The notes under the pieces are model-generated. The model searched no databases. It saw only the letters and a list, made by a program, of their open reading frames with translations, and was not told the DNA's origin. From Antedon mediterranea (lineage: Eukaryota > Animalia > Echinodermata): a DNA stretch of 64,000 bases. Below, in pieces: positions 51,397 to 64,000 of this stretch. A program made the position numbers and the translations under genes. Positions within the stretch are counted from its first letter, which is position 1; each line of letters opens with the position of its first letter. The stretch is from the NCBI RefSeq assembly GCF_964355755.1, contig NC_092678.1, positions 22,895,365 to 22,959,364 on the forward strand. The letters run 5' to 3'.

Positions 51397-54300
51397 TCCT
51401 TCTCACTGTGTTGTCTAAATTATTGAATAGATAAATAAAAAACATTTAAATACTAATAAATAATGCAAATGAATATAAATAAACGCACCATGTAATATAG
51501 CTTCACACTGGTAATGGGAAGTGTTTCACAAAACATGTATGCATGTATTTGTTCATAACTGCCGTTAAAATAAAAGATGAGATTAAAACTACTCAGTGAC
51601 GAGTGGTTCTGAATATTAAGTGTATTTTTATATTTCTCACTCTTAGAAGATATTTTTATTGCTTCTAAATTCCGCGACCAAATGATTCGATATAGGCCTA
51701 ATCCAGTTTGATTTTGTATAAACTATAATGTAAATAAATAAAAGCGTTAAACTTGTAATTAATATTTGTTGTTTCAGAATGAATTTTTGAATAGGATTTC
51801 TAGAAGATTTTACAAAATCATAAATTAATCACGTTTGTCGCACAACTTCAGATATATATTTATCTGCTGGCCAAGTTAACAAGATTATATCTTACCATTT
51901 GACATATTGACGGCAACATGCGACGACAAATTAGGTAGTAAGATAGCCAACAAACTTTTCCGTTGGTGTTCTAAAACGTACTACCTTTTTGATGTCTTAA
52001 ACCATTCGGATAACAAATAGGCAAATCCGGCCATACACCACCATACAGTAGTGTTTGCTAAATTTGTTTCATTTGTTTATGTCTGGTTTTTTTTCTTTGC
52101 TACTGAATAGAAAATAGCTTCTAACTAATTTTAGACATAATTAATCCATCCAAAAAAACATCCTTATAGCTCTTAAAACTATACATCGGCTAAAACCTGC
52201 TATTAAATCAAACCAACTTTCATAAAGTACAAAGGACAAGATAAATTGTTTTCAATGATTAGATAATGTAAACAAGTCCTATTATTAATTATCATTATTA
52301 GAGTAAGTAAATGATAATGCAATTCATTTGTCCCAATAGGACTAAATTACACTATGCATAGTTTCGAACTAGTAATTCATCTTGAAAAAGCTTTGACATA
52401 TTATTTTTACTAAAAGAATTACCTGTACTATTAATCAGTCGAATATAAAATTAATAAATTATAATATAGAAAATGCTTACCGTATGTTTTATCCGTCTTT
52501 TTGCTAGAAACAAAACTGATTCGTGTATGAGGCAGTCTCCCTTACTAGTTTCTAGTAATTATGATGGCGAATCTATTCAGTAGTGTCATGGATCGAAATA
52601 TAACAATATGATAAATGATGCGCAACATTGTCATAATCTAAACGTACAGTATTTGTAATTCTGTTTGTTTGTTGAAATTTCCAATAAACCAATTCAGTCT
52701 TTGGTCTTGGTCAATTAAAACGGTCTAATCTCTGCAAATACTTTGAACAGAATTTGATCTATAATGTAAATCTAATAAACATGTAATAACTGTTATTTTT
52801 ATAATTTATTTTTTTATTTAATAGGCCTATGATTTTATGTAATGACATGAGATAATATGAATGTGAATAAAAGTGGTGTTTGCGCCACAAAAGAGAAAAA
52901 AAAACTTTTATTTTTTTGTGGGATTACATCGTTATTTCTATAGTATGCCAATGGAAATTAAATTTGAAATCAACACAATTATTGAAATTCTATTTACACT
53001 ACACAGCATGGCTGTAGGCCTATTGTAAGATTCACGATTTAACAATATTTCGATAGGCCTATCACATAGATAGTTTGTTCCAATTGTTGGTAACACCTCT
53101 AAACGAAAGCACAGGCTTGTCAAATTAATGGTTGATGTATTTTCTGCGATACAATTAAAAGAATTTTCTGAAATTCAGTTTTTGTGATATTCTAAAATGA
53201 TTCTATACGGTAGGCTATTACCGTATATGGGTTGTACTTTACTTGTTGCGTCTTCCAAATGTTAATGAACCATGACGATAGGCTCATTCACTCTGTGTTT
53301 TGTAACAAATAAACGCGTTGCTAAGTCGTAATCGTAATCTATATATAAATTATGGTTAATTCTGACATAGGCGAGCACAATGCAAAAACTTCGGTACAAA
53401 TCTCCGCCTTGGATACCTACCTTATCTATCCGAGATGTACCGCGAAACGTAGATTTGATAACATTAGTAATCACGCCGACGCTATTGTTCCATATTTATA
53501 TCTTAGGAAGATATTATAAAGAGTTTTTTAACAACATTTTATGATTTCAACATTAGATTTTCCTCTCAATTTCAATTCTTCCCGGTGAAAGTAATTTCCG
53601 GGTTTAAGATAAGTTCACCTTGCAACAACCTGGTTTCAAATATTTTCTCTCTTTTAAACACAAGGGAGCAGTTAAAATAATAGATTTGACCCTAAAGGTG
53701 ACTGGAAACAGGCACTTTCCATCAATCAATACAGTGTCCCTTTGGAAGACGAAATAAAAATCAGATAGTAGGAGTGGATTTCAGTTTTTTGTTTATTTTA
53801 AAACATACCACGCTTGTGTGAAGGTACAGTAGTTAAATTATACTGCAAATTAATAAAGATCAAATTAAATATACGTCATAAAGAATCACAATATATTGTG
53901 GGAAATAGTATTATAAAATTACATAGGGAGATTTGATGATAAGACATTTTTCGAGTGAAATCCCGATAGCTGAGTTTTATTGAGTAAGCTTGCAGGAATA
54001 ACTGTAGCTATCTTCCTGTGTCCCGTTAGGACCGAGATGTCTGCCCATGTTGCAAGCCGTAATGTCTTCTTTCTTGGGCCCACTCTGTTACGGCAGTTTC
54101 AAAAGATGATTAAATTAAATAATGTATTAATATAATAATTATTAGGATGGTATTCATTTGAATAAACGCCTCTCCAATAAAACATCACTTTGAATAATAA
54201 ACCCCCCCCCCCCCCTCAACCCAACTATCTAATAAACGTCCATCCACATATTTATAATAACACAATTATACTATTTGTAGTAGAATTCACCGCACTGTTA

Positions 54301-55946
54301 TCTACAAAATTTACCAAGCATTTGTTATTCTTTTTTACCACTTTTCATATCTACTGTATTAGAGGATTTCATTTGATTATAAATGTTACCATATTATTAA
54401 AACTAAAAATTTAACATATATCCCTCGAATAAGCACCTCCCACAAATGACCTCCGCCTCCCCAAAGGGCCCTACCAAACAATAAAAACTATACTTTAAAA
54501 TGTTATTAATCATCTAAAACACTGTGAAAGTTTTATGAATGTCAAGCATTTTCAATAATGGTAACCGACAGAAAATGTATAAGGAGAACATTATCATTCC
54601 GAGAACCATCGTCTACACTTCCTAGAGGGGGAGCGAGCGAGCGAAGCGAGCTCACCCTTTAGTAAATTAAAAGGACTGTTATGTTATGGTACAGTACGTT
54701 CATTCGCCGTTTATCAGCCAGTTACCTCTAACAGGCCTATGCATACTTTACGGAAAAAACATCAACGATTTTTTACTTCTCTGCATTACTGTCCATTGTA
54801 CACTGTCAATAACAGGAGCGAATTTAGTTTACGCTAAAATTACAGAAATGTATTTTCGTCATATGCAACATTGTGTTGTTTGTGCGCTTCAATGAATATT
54901 AATATTAATGATGCGAATTGATTTTATAATAAATGATACAGGTAGTCTGTGTGAAAAAACTCACCGTTATCGCCCGTAAAACCTCAAAAGAAGCTATGAC
55001 ATCTTTTTTAGGACTCTTGTGGGCTTATTTTCGAGATGGGCTTCTTTTTTTGGGCTTGTGTGAATGTTGTGAATTGTATGAATTTCTACTACAATAATAT
55101 GATTTTTTAGACATTCCTTGCAAATTGTGTATATTTTGCCAACATAGCAGAAGAAGATCAAAACAGATGGGTTCTTTTCGAAATGAAGCAAATGGGGTTC
55201 CTTTACGATATATCTTTATTGTAAAATTAATTTGTGTATTTTGTATCTAATTTGCATGCTTAGAAAAAACATTTCTTATTGTCAACATGAATTTTCATTT
55301 CTGGAGAGAGATGTTGGTATATAGGAGAATTTTTTTATTTTATTTCATCATCACCCTACAGTGACCAAACGTCACAATTAACAGGGTTGAAAGTCATAAA
55401 ATATAATATATTATATACAAGCAAAAATCAACAGATAACAAGAAAACATTTAGATATTAATGACATTAGACAAAGCCTTGTGACGGAAACAAGCAAGTGA
55501 ATAAAAAAAAATCAACAGATCCATCAACTTTACATAGTTACCTGGTTAAGTCTATTTACTATCTTTTAGATATATTATTATCTAATACACAATGAAACAC
55601 GGAATAAACGTATAACTGAATAAATGTTGATATAATCAGAGAAGAGTAATCGTTCAGTAATTGTGAGTATTGATGAAGATTAAATAAAATAACCATAAAT
55701 TATGTATAAAACATCATCCCCGTGATAACAACAACTATTGAGGATGTGGATATAAAGAGGAATCTCGCGGTATGCTTTGAATTCTTTTGGCGTTCCATAG
55801 ACACACTTTGCTGATAACTGCTGATAGATATCTGAATCATTAGTTTAATGACTAATACGCATAACAACTGATTATTAGCCGTTCGGAGCCATTTGTCCAA
55901 ACAATTCAACACTTTCGAGGCACAATATACAACGAAACCTATCAAA

Positions 55947-58900
55947 ATGGGTCCCTTGTGGTGCCAACGTTTTTTGTATTTTGTCTTAATTATTACTTTG
56001 ACGGATACAGCCCGAGTTTTTAATTTTCAACCGGGACTTGACTACCAATATGATGTTGATACAGTTACGCATTTAACCAATGTGGGACGAATGGATGCGA
56101 AGGCAAAGGTAGTAGGCCTATATTTAACCATTTGTAAGAAAAAATACAATTTTAATGTTGAATCATAATAGAATCTTTTGTTGTTAAACCGGATTGTTAT
56201 GAGTGTAGTTCAGGTTTTAGTCATCATGATCGAATGTGATAATATTATAGTTACTGTATATCATATATTTTTGTTTGTTAGCAAATTTAATTTGTTTTGT
56301 TGCTTGTCAGATTTGTTTTCAGTGGATTGGAGATACAGAAGATGGGTGTCATGAAATACACCTTCAAGTCAAATCGTATTCCGTGTCATACAAGAGCAAC
56401 ACAGGTAGGCCTACAGTACACAGTTTTTTTTACACTTTTCGTCAAGAAGAATGTTGGCAAACGAACATAGAGCCAATTAGTTTGACAAGCTGCGTCTTGT
56501 GTGTGTGCGTGCTCTTACGTTTCATGTACGTGCTCGCTTTTCGTATCACGCACTTGATAATAAAGCATCTTCTGTATTCTTTAGTGGAAACCAATTAAAA
56601 GTGTGTCCACACCAGGGAAGAGTGAAATTACACTCTTCCCTGGTGTGTCTAATTATTAGTATTACTTTTTATTATGTTTTTTTTCTTGTTACTTTTTAAA
56701 GTTTCTGACGATGAGATGGAAATTGATTTTGAAAAATGGTGAGTCAAAAGAACCTACATTTTTTATTTCATATTTTTAGTTTTACTAAATCATAATGCTA
56801 CCGTTTGAAATGATGTGCTAATAAAATAGTGCTTTGCCTACTACGTAAAATGCGGCGCACAGGCCTAGACTTTTAAAGAACAATTAGAGAACACTTTATT
56901 ATTATTTATTGTTATTACATTGACTAGGTTTTCTTTTATCATGGATCACAATGGTGATGTTTTGCGGGTAATTCATGAAGAGGATGATGATATGAAATCA
57001 GTAAACATCAAGAAAGGTTTGGCTGGAGTTATTGCTACCAGACTTCACCATGAACATTTTGTAAGTACAGCTACTACAAATAACACACTTAGTGGTGCAG
57101 TAGAGACTGTAATAAGTAGACTATTAGTATTAATTTTCTAATAAATTGACCTCACTTTGAGAAAACAAATGATGAAATGTGGGCATCTAAAAAGGCAATT
57201 GAAAAAAAAAAACTTATACAGTAATAATCTAGAAAAAAGAATCTAAAAAAGTTTGGATTCTGTCCAATCAACGAGGTGATTGATGTGACGTCACCAACTT
57301 TATTAAAAAGTGTAAATTTATCAGACGACACGCGCGGCGCGAGGAGGCCTTCATATTATTTTAGAAGTTGAAGTTGCAGTAAAAAATTGTACGAAATTAC
57401 AGGAAAAAAAAGAAAAAAGCACATTAAAATGAATAAGAGACGTACTCATGAGGCCTTACTTAAGCTAGACATTATTAGGCTAGGGCCTAGGCAACAATAC
57501 TAATAGGACAAACTGCTGTCCATTGGCTTATTGGCTTAAAGGCATAGCTAGCCTAGGCCTACTGTGTAGGCTAGTAGTGCATAGGCAGAGAAGGGCTATA
57601 GCGTAGTAGTAGCTCTAGGCCTAGGAAGTTTGGAAGAGTGTATAAATAGGCCTAGTAGTAGTAGGCCAAATAGGCTAGGTAGACATTTGGTTTTCACCAG
57701 GCTAGATTAAGTACACTACACACTGTACTCATGCGTTCTAAATCTAATAAATGTAAAATTCTATCCTAAGGCTAGGCCTAGTAGGCTATTAGTATTAGGG
57801 CCTAGCCTAGGCCTAGGCTAGTAGTATTATTGTTTTGTTGGTAGGCCTACGGTCAATTAACTTAACTGTTGCTCTACAGTGCTGATCAACTTGCTCAGTG
57901 CCAATCAACAACTAGAAAACAACTGTGAATACAGTAATGTAGAAAACAAAATACAAATGTTTTTTTGTTCGTTTTATTTAAAAACAGAATGTTCCGGCTG
58001 GTTTATCTACCTGGTCATTTACCTCAACAGAGCGTGACCATACAGGTGATCATCATGCAAATTATACGGTGTATCAAAATAGTGGAGGTGATTTGCATAT
58101 TCGAAAGAAAAGAACAGCTCATGTACATCCAAAGAAAATCAACTTTTATCACAATAAGGTAATGTTATTATGAATGATGTCTCATCATTTTGGCCATTTA
58201 TGATTATTGTTTCTTACCTTGGGGAATTCAATTATAATACCGTACTGGGCCTATAAAGGGAATTGGTATCTTTAGAATGTACTGCAAATTGTTTGCTCTT
58301 TTTAAGAAGTTATTGAAAATGGTACATTCCAATAATTATCAATCTATAATTCAATGATAATTTTGTTCAATTTTCTGTAATTGACCATAATCAATAGAAA
58401 GTTACATTGACTATGATTTGACCATTTTACTAGAAATTCATGTTTTTTTTTGTGATTTCTGTTACATATATTTATTTATGTTTGTACATTTAAACAATAT
58501 CTGAAATTCATGCATTTAGCTCATCTTTTAAATCGACTTTTTCAAACTTGTGTTGTCTAGGAAGTGAATATAAAATCAGGCATGACTGTTCCTCATTTGA
58601 TACAAATAAGTGAAGAGATACCACTTGGTGGACGAGACCATAGGTTAGTAATCTTATGTTCCCAACATCTGTCTGTATTCTCACGGTTTAAAGGGCAAAT
58701 CCGGGAATATATAGTATATAAAAAATGCTTATCTCTGAACACATCCTGTAGTTAATCATCTAATATTCAGTTTAACAAACTAATTTGGTCATCGAAAAAA
58801 AATTAGGAAAAATAATAGGCCTATAACAACATATTAACTTTATACATATGTTATCAACATTATATCAACTTTAAACGAAAATCCCTACAGACATTTTGAT

Positions 58901-61900
58901 GTGCAAGTGTCTATTACATTTCTAATTTTAATTTATATTCTATTAAAGTGAAGGGGCTGGAACCAAACATTTTGAGCCATTGGAAAAACCAAAGCATATT
59001 AAAGATGAACAAGAGCCGTGTAAGTTGACCAGTACAATTCTGGTCACTTTTCCTACAGATACTTTTTAAAAAGCTTAAGCCTAGACTAACAAACTAGTTG
59101 AAGTTTGATGTACCCACATAAGGTAGTGACATTACATCATCATCAAATCTACAGTACCTACCCCTACTAAGGACACACTTTAGGACCCAACAAAGTATCC
59201 CTTTCATGAGAGTGTCCCATGAATAGAGATTGGTCGTAGTGTTAAAACATATCCATGACCTCTCATTCGTTTTACAGGAATGTCCCCTTAATAGAGGTAT
59301 CTCCTAAATATGGATGTCCTAAAGGAGGGGTTTTATTGTGCTCTAATTTGACATAAATATAAAAGTTGTATACAGTATTCGATATTAAAATATAAATTGT
59401 TTTCCTCTAGTACCGGACATGAGTGTTTACGCAGACAGTACAATGAAGTTCTTGACAGCAATTCCTGCAAGGGCGCCATCAAGACCAGAGCATCTGATTG
59501 AAGATACAATAGAAGTTGGAAAGGTAAGAAAATAATTTAGAAACATATATTGATATTTATCTAATTATAATGTAGGTAGGCAGATGACAAGGAAGGTATA
59601 TAGTAGTGACCCTTATGTACATTATTTTGTTAAATTGTTTGTATGTTATGTTTTAAAATGTTTCTTGAGAGCTTGAGATAAAAAGAATTACCATAGCTTT
59701 GAATGATGTTTTCAGGGTTTTGACTTTCATGATGAGGATGTGGCAGAAGAAGAGACCATGCAACACATCAGAGGAAATCTAACCTGTCTACGAGAAAACG
59801 ACAATGCAAAACGTGAGTCATGTATTTATTTATAAAATAACAATTCTATAGGTATCAATGACTGGATCTTAATGGAAATGTAAATAAATTAAACAAAGGG
59901 CTAAATCAAAACGATTTCAAACAGCCAGAAATAAATTGAAAAGCATTTTAGGTATTCACACTAACCCTTCCAAAGTGCAATATACTATTTATATTTATAT
60001 ATAGAAAGCATGCCAACACTTTATTATTATTGGATTATGGGCTACACGCATACAAGCAATAGGCCTACATTTTATTTATTAACAGTCTGTCCGGATTTAC
60101 ACAGTAAATACAACATCTTATATCCCCTAGGTCTAAGCATCACCCAGAAAATATTTTTATTTTTCAGTTTCAAACAAGATTGGTTTGTGCTACGGTGGAC
60201 TTTGCATGGCATTAGAGAAGTTATCATACAAGCAGATAAAACAACTTGCTCATCCTTACTTCACCAAACCACCAAGGTATTTGTAACCTCAATAATGAGG
60301 TCAAAAAACAATGATTTTAGTGGTTGGACCTAATTAGTCAAAGCATAAGATAAGATAAGATAACACAGGCTACCAGTACACATACCTGTGAGACTCAAGA
60401 CTCAACCTAAGTATCAGAAATATATTAGGCCTACCATGCAGCTATCTAATTTCATACCTCCAAGGGCCTACTATATGCTGCAAAACGGTACGCTTTTTAG
60501 GAACAGATTTTCCCACACCAAAGCTCCATTGTTTCAGATCTTTGTGTTATATTACAGATCCAATTTGTTTGGTTTTTGTAAACATCTCGGTCAAATAAAA
60601 CAGCATATTTATAAGTTTGTATACAAATGTATAGCATGATGCCTTATAGGCTCAAATGAGGTACATTAATATTACCTGGAACTAGTTTTAATTTGAATAT
60701 ATAATTTGCCCAAATACTAATATAGACAAATATGAAAATGCAACCTCAGAAAAAGTCAATAAGCAGTTTATTGTTTATTTTCTATATTACCACTCCATCA
60801 ATCATAATAATATTTTTTTGTAGCACCTCTCAGGATGAAATGGATAGAAACTTTCTATTGGATGGCATTGCTGGGATTCGAACCAACTACAACCATGACC
60901 TTTTAACTGACCTCGTTTTCAACGCCCCCAATCGGAATCCAGAGTTGATGATTCGTTTACTTGAGCATGTGCCGTTCTTTCAAACCATAAAATCTCAGGT
61001 ATTCAAAAAATCAGAAAAATTTAAATCCATAATAAATGTTCAAAGGCACTTGGCAGTTAAAGATGTATTGTCCCCCAAAAACATGAAAAATGAAGATTAA
61101 TTAAATCATATTTTGAAAAGGTTATTTTGTAGTTAATTACAAAATATGTTTTCACTTATAAAATAACATAATAAATAGTTAAATTCAACCAAAAATCCAT
61201 TGGCTGGCAGCCAATTTGACCATTTGTTGCTTTAAATTGCAGTTTTTTTCAGGTAAATACATTTTTTTTAGATCCAATTTTTGGTGAAAGTGGATAACTA
61301 TTATGTGACATTGATATGGCATATTCAACAGAAAAACTGTTACAAATTATTTTTCAGGGGGATAATACATCTTTAAATAGAAAGTGTTTTATATAGTACA
61401 GGTAATAACTGTACTATACAATTGTTGTTATGTATCTCTTGTGTATAGTGGTCATATTGCTTTATTTGTTTACTACTGTATATAGTTTTAATGTATTGTA
61501 TTGATATTTTTAATGTTTTATATATTGTATGTGTTTTTAATCATCAAGGAAAACAAATTTCATGTTTTTGTTGTGTTCATGACAATAAAGATTTATCTTA
61601 TCTTATTGGTTTAGTTTTGTTATAATCACTGTTTATGCCTAAATGTTTACAATAAAATTATTTTACCAGCCAAATTTACATGAAATTACAAATTTAAACT
61701 TGAGTTTGTTATATGTTTTGCCATTTTTAGAAACTGATTGAAGCTGTTGAACAACTAGCAATTACACAAGCCAGATACAAAGGTATGTTGACTTACCAAT
61801 TATGACAATCTTGTTATCTTAAAAAATTGTTTTATTGACATCATCAACTGGTACCAAAGAATCTTATCTAATCTAAATACATGCATTTACTTGGTCACTA

Positions 61901-63805
61901 CTGACTTGTTGACACAAAACAAATATTAAGTTTATCTTAATGATAGTTAATGATGGTTTGGGAACAACCCCTAAACACTAATGACCTACAGGCTATGTAA
62001 ACAATTAACATTTATTATTTAAATGTTACCCTTTCACACATACAAAATGAAGTGGTGATGATTGAAAAATAAATAGGTATTGCTGGTTTGTTGGGTATCT
62101 GAGGGGAAATAATTGTTTTATCATATAAATAATATTAATACTTTATATTAAATAATAATATGGAATGAAATAAAATTATATCATTGTAGGCTCTGAGGAG
62201 GAAGTGAGACTACGAGAGTTGGCTACTTTTATAATTGGTGCAATTGCGAAGATTCTACGAGAAGAAGGCCGATACAGTGAGGCTGAACAAATAGTTGAGA
62301 AAATACATCAGAAAGTTGGAATATTTGGTAATACTGTATATACAATATATATCTTTAAAACAAACATATCTCTTTACTGAAGGAATAAAAATGCGTGTCT
62401 AGGGTTACCTCTTGGATTACATTTTTTTTACTGTAACTGTGTTTTTGCATTTGTCAAAGCTGTAGCAAGAAGTTAAAAACAGACTAGGCAAAGATGCTTT
62501 TATGACAATTTGTGCTGGGGAATTGGGGTGGGTGGTGAAAATTGAGAATTTCCGACAAGGCGAGCGTTTCCTCATGCTGGCTACGGCCCTGTTTGTTATT
62601 TTAATGGTACAGGTAGATAGGCGACTATAAAGTTTGTAGTATAATATATAACAGATGTCAGACAACCAAATTCAACTTTACAAAAATGTTGTTTTTTTTC
62701 TGAATAAAGAACATAATAATGGTTTGAAATATCACATACTGATTCCTATGTTAAATATGTTTTTTTAAAAAGATCCATGGCACCATCGACGAAGAAGATC
62801 AACAATGTCACATGTCAAGTTGCAACGTTACGAAAGAGATATTGTAGTCTTGCTCGGAGCTTTAGGAAACGCAGCTCATCCGAAATCAGCCGATTACATC
62901 TTAAGTTTTACGAATTCAACGGACATTCCAAAATACTTCCAAGAATCTGGGCTGCATGCGCTTGAGAATTTTCATACACCAGAGGTGAGATGTGCTCTTC
63001 AATACATATTATATAATACCTAAATAGATTTGATTGGATGATTATGGGTCACACGACATTTCACTTGGCCTGTAGCGTCGTGAAAATATAAATATAAGAT
63101 ATTCATCTTTCACCTCTTGAAATTATTTATACCATTGCACTCATAAACATTTATTATTTGTATAATATTAAATGGTACCAACATCTACTTTGTATGTGTC
63201 AGAAAGAGATTACAGTCTTATTTTTCTTGTCGTAGAAAGGAGTTTTTAAAAAACAATATAATATATGTACAATATTTTAATGCTAATTATAAATTACCCT
63301 TACAAACTTTTATATACAGGAACTTTACTATACTTCAGTGGTTTATTTTAGTTATCAGTACTTATCATGGCTTTTATTTTCTAGGCTGCTGATGCACTTG
63401 TTAGGGCGTGGAAAGCGGAGACAAATCCAAACTTTAAACGAAGCTATAAGAAACTATGTAAAGAGAATCCTGTTGCACACAGCCTAGCATTAAGGTACGT
63501 AAAGCAGAATCAGCAACCGATTAAAAAGGACATTTCAGATGTTGATTAATAGTGTCGAATATAATCTTATTTTGATTTTAATTTTAGAACGGAGCCTGAT
63601 TTTAATGATAGTTTTGTTAAGATAGAGCCAGGTCAATCACTTAATCAGACGGGACATATTCATAGCAGAGGAAAGCGGTCTGCGCGAAAGGCATTGCAGT
63701 TGTTAATACCTTTGATAGAACATTTAACAGACAAAGAAGAAGGAGATAGGTTTATTGGAGGGAATTATGGCGGCACATCAAGTTCTACAATGGATATACT
63801 CTCAG
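55947..63805 (+). CDS. Secreted large lipid transfer protein (vitellogenin N-terminal/MTP-like domain), 3'-partial, 16 exons visible
   Basis: Signal peptide MGPLWCQRFLYFVLIITLTDTA, then FQPGLDYQY, VNIKKGLAG and LLGALGNA motifs. Phase-compatible exons: 55947-56108, 56311-56404, 56702-56738, 56928-57060, 57988-58158, 58561-58643, 58949-59019, 59411-59523, 59716-59812, 60168-60276, 60824-60998, 61731-61782, 62190-62327, 62773-62983, 63385-63494 and 63588-63805. Confidence 0.8.
59150..59340. mobile_element. Degraded Tc1/mariner-pogo-like MITE in an intron
   Basis: TA-CAGT start with cccctactaaggaca and an inverted tgtcctaaaggagggg; internal gtgtccc repeats. Confidence 0.45.
59850..59980 (-). mobile_element. 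Degenerate copy of the hammerhead-bearing Penelope-like fragment
   Basis: Colinear with 21688-21818 (ggtatca.tg.ctggatct.aatgga...aaacagcca...cacta.cccttc..agtgcaa); the catalytic boxes are mutated. Confidence 0.55.
61061..61372. mobile_element. Kolobok-like MITE with TTAA TSD
   Basis: TTAA-agatgtattgtcccc ... ggggataatacatct-TTAA. Confidence 0.85.
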
Positions 63806-64000
63806 GTAGTAAAGTTATCATAACTTATTGAAAGTAAAAGAGGTATTTACCCTCAAAAAGGCGTATGAGTTCAATAAAAGTTATCAACCAACATTCGCTG
63901 TTTTGAGGTTCTATCCTTCCCAGATGTTTTACAGTCTCTTGCATAGTGCTCAAAGCCCCTAAACGCTTTACATTACTACCCCAATCATTGGATCAATACA

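Overview
AT-rich, intron-containing animal DNA from a marine invertebrate; an echinoderm-like genome is plausible but cannot be proven here. It is not prokaryotic and has no CRISPR array. The core of the window is a minus-strand tandem cluster of three NLR-type immune genes: gene 1 (1178-6113, pseudogene), gene 2 (32628-40576) and gene 3 (48222-51396). Hand-splicing shows that all three share an unusual architecture: tandem death-effector domains (DED), then a short symmetric phase-1 exon encoding a transmembrane-like helix, then NACHT. The inferred ancestral form also ended in LRRs plus C-terminal hydrophobic helices; these survive only in pseudogene 1 and are decayed in genes 2 and 3. Between the genes lie a ~13.7 kb 181-bp satellite with higher-order repeats and an inserted MITE, and a three-element nest of DNA transposons with an 8-bp TSD. 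Other repeats include Helentron/DINE-like elements, a hAT-type element with internal tandem repeats, two nested LINEs and a Penelope-type minimal hammerhead ribozyme. From 55947 a multi-exon secreted large lipid transfer (vitellogenin-domain) gene runs off the right edge, transcribed divergently from the NLR cluster. All exon models and family assignments are manual and not database-verified.
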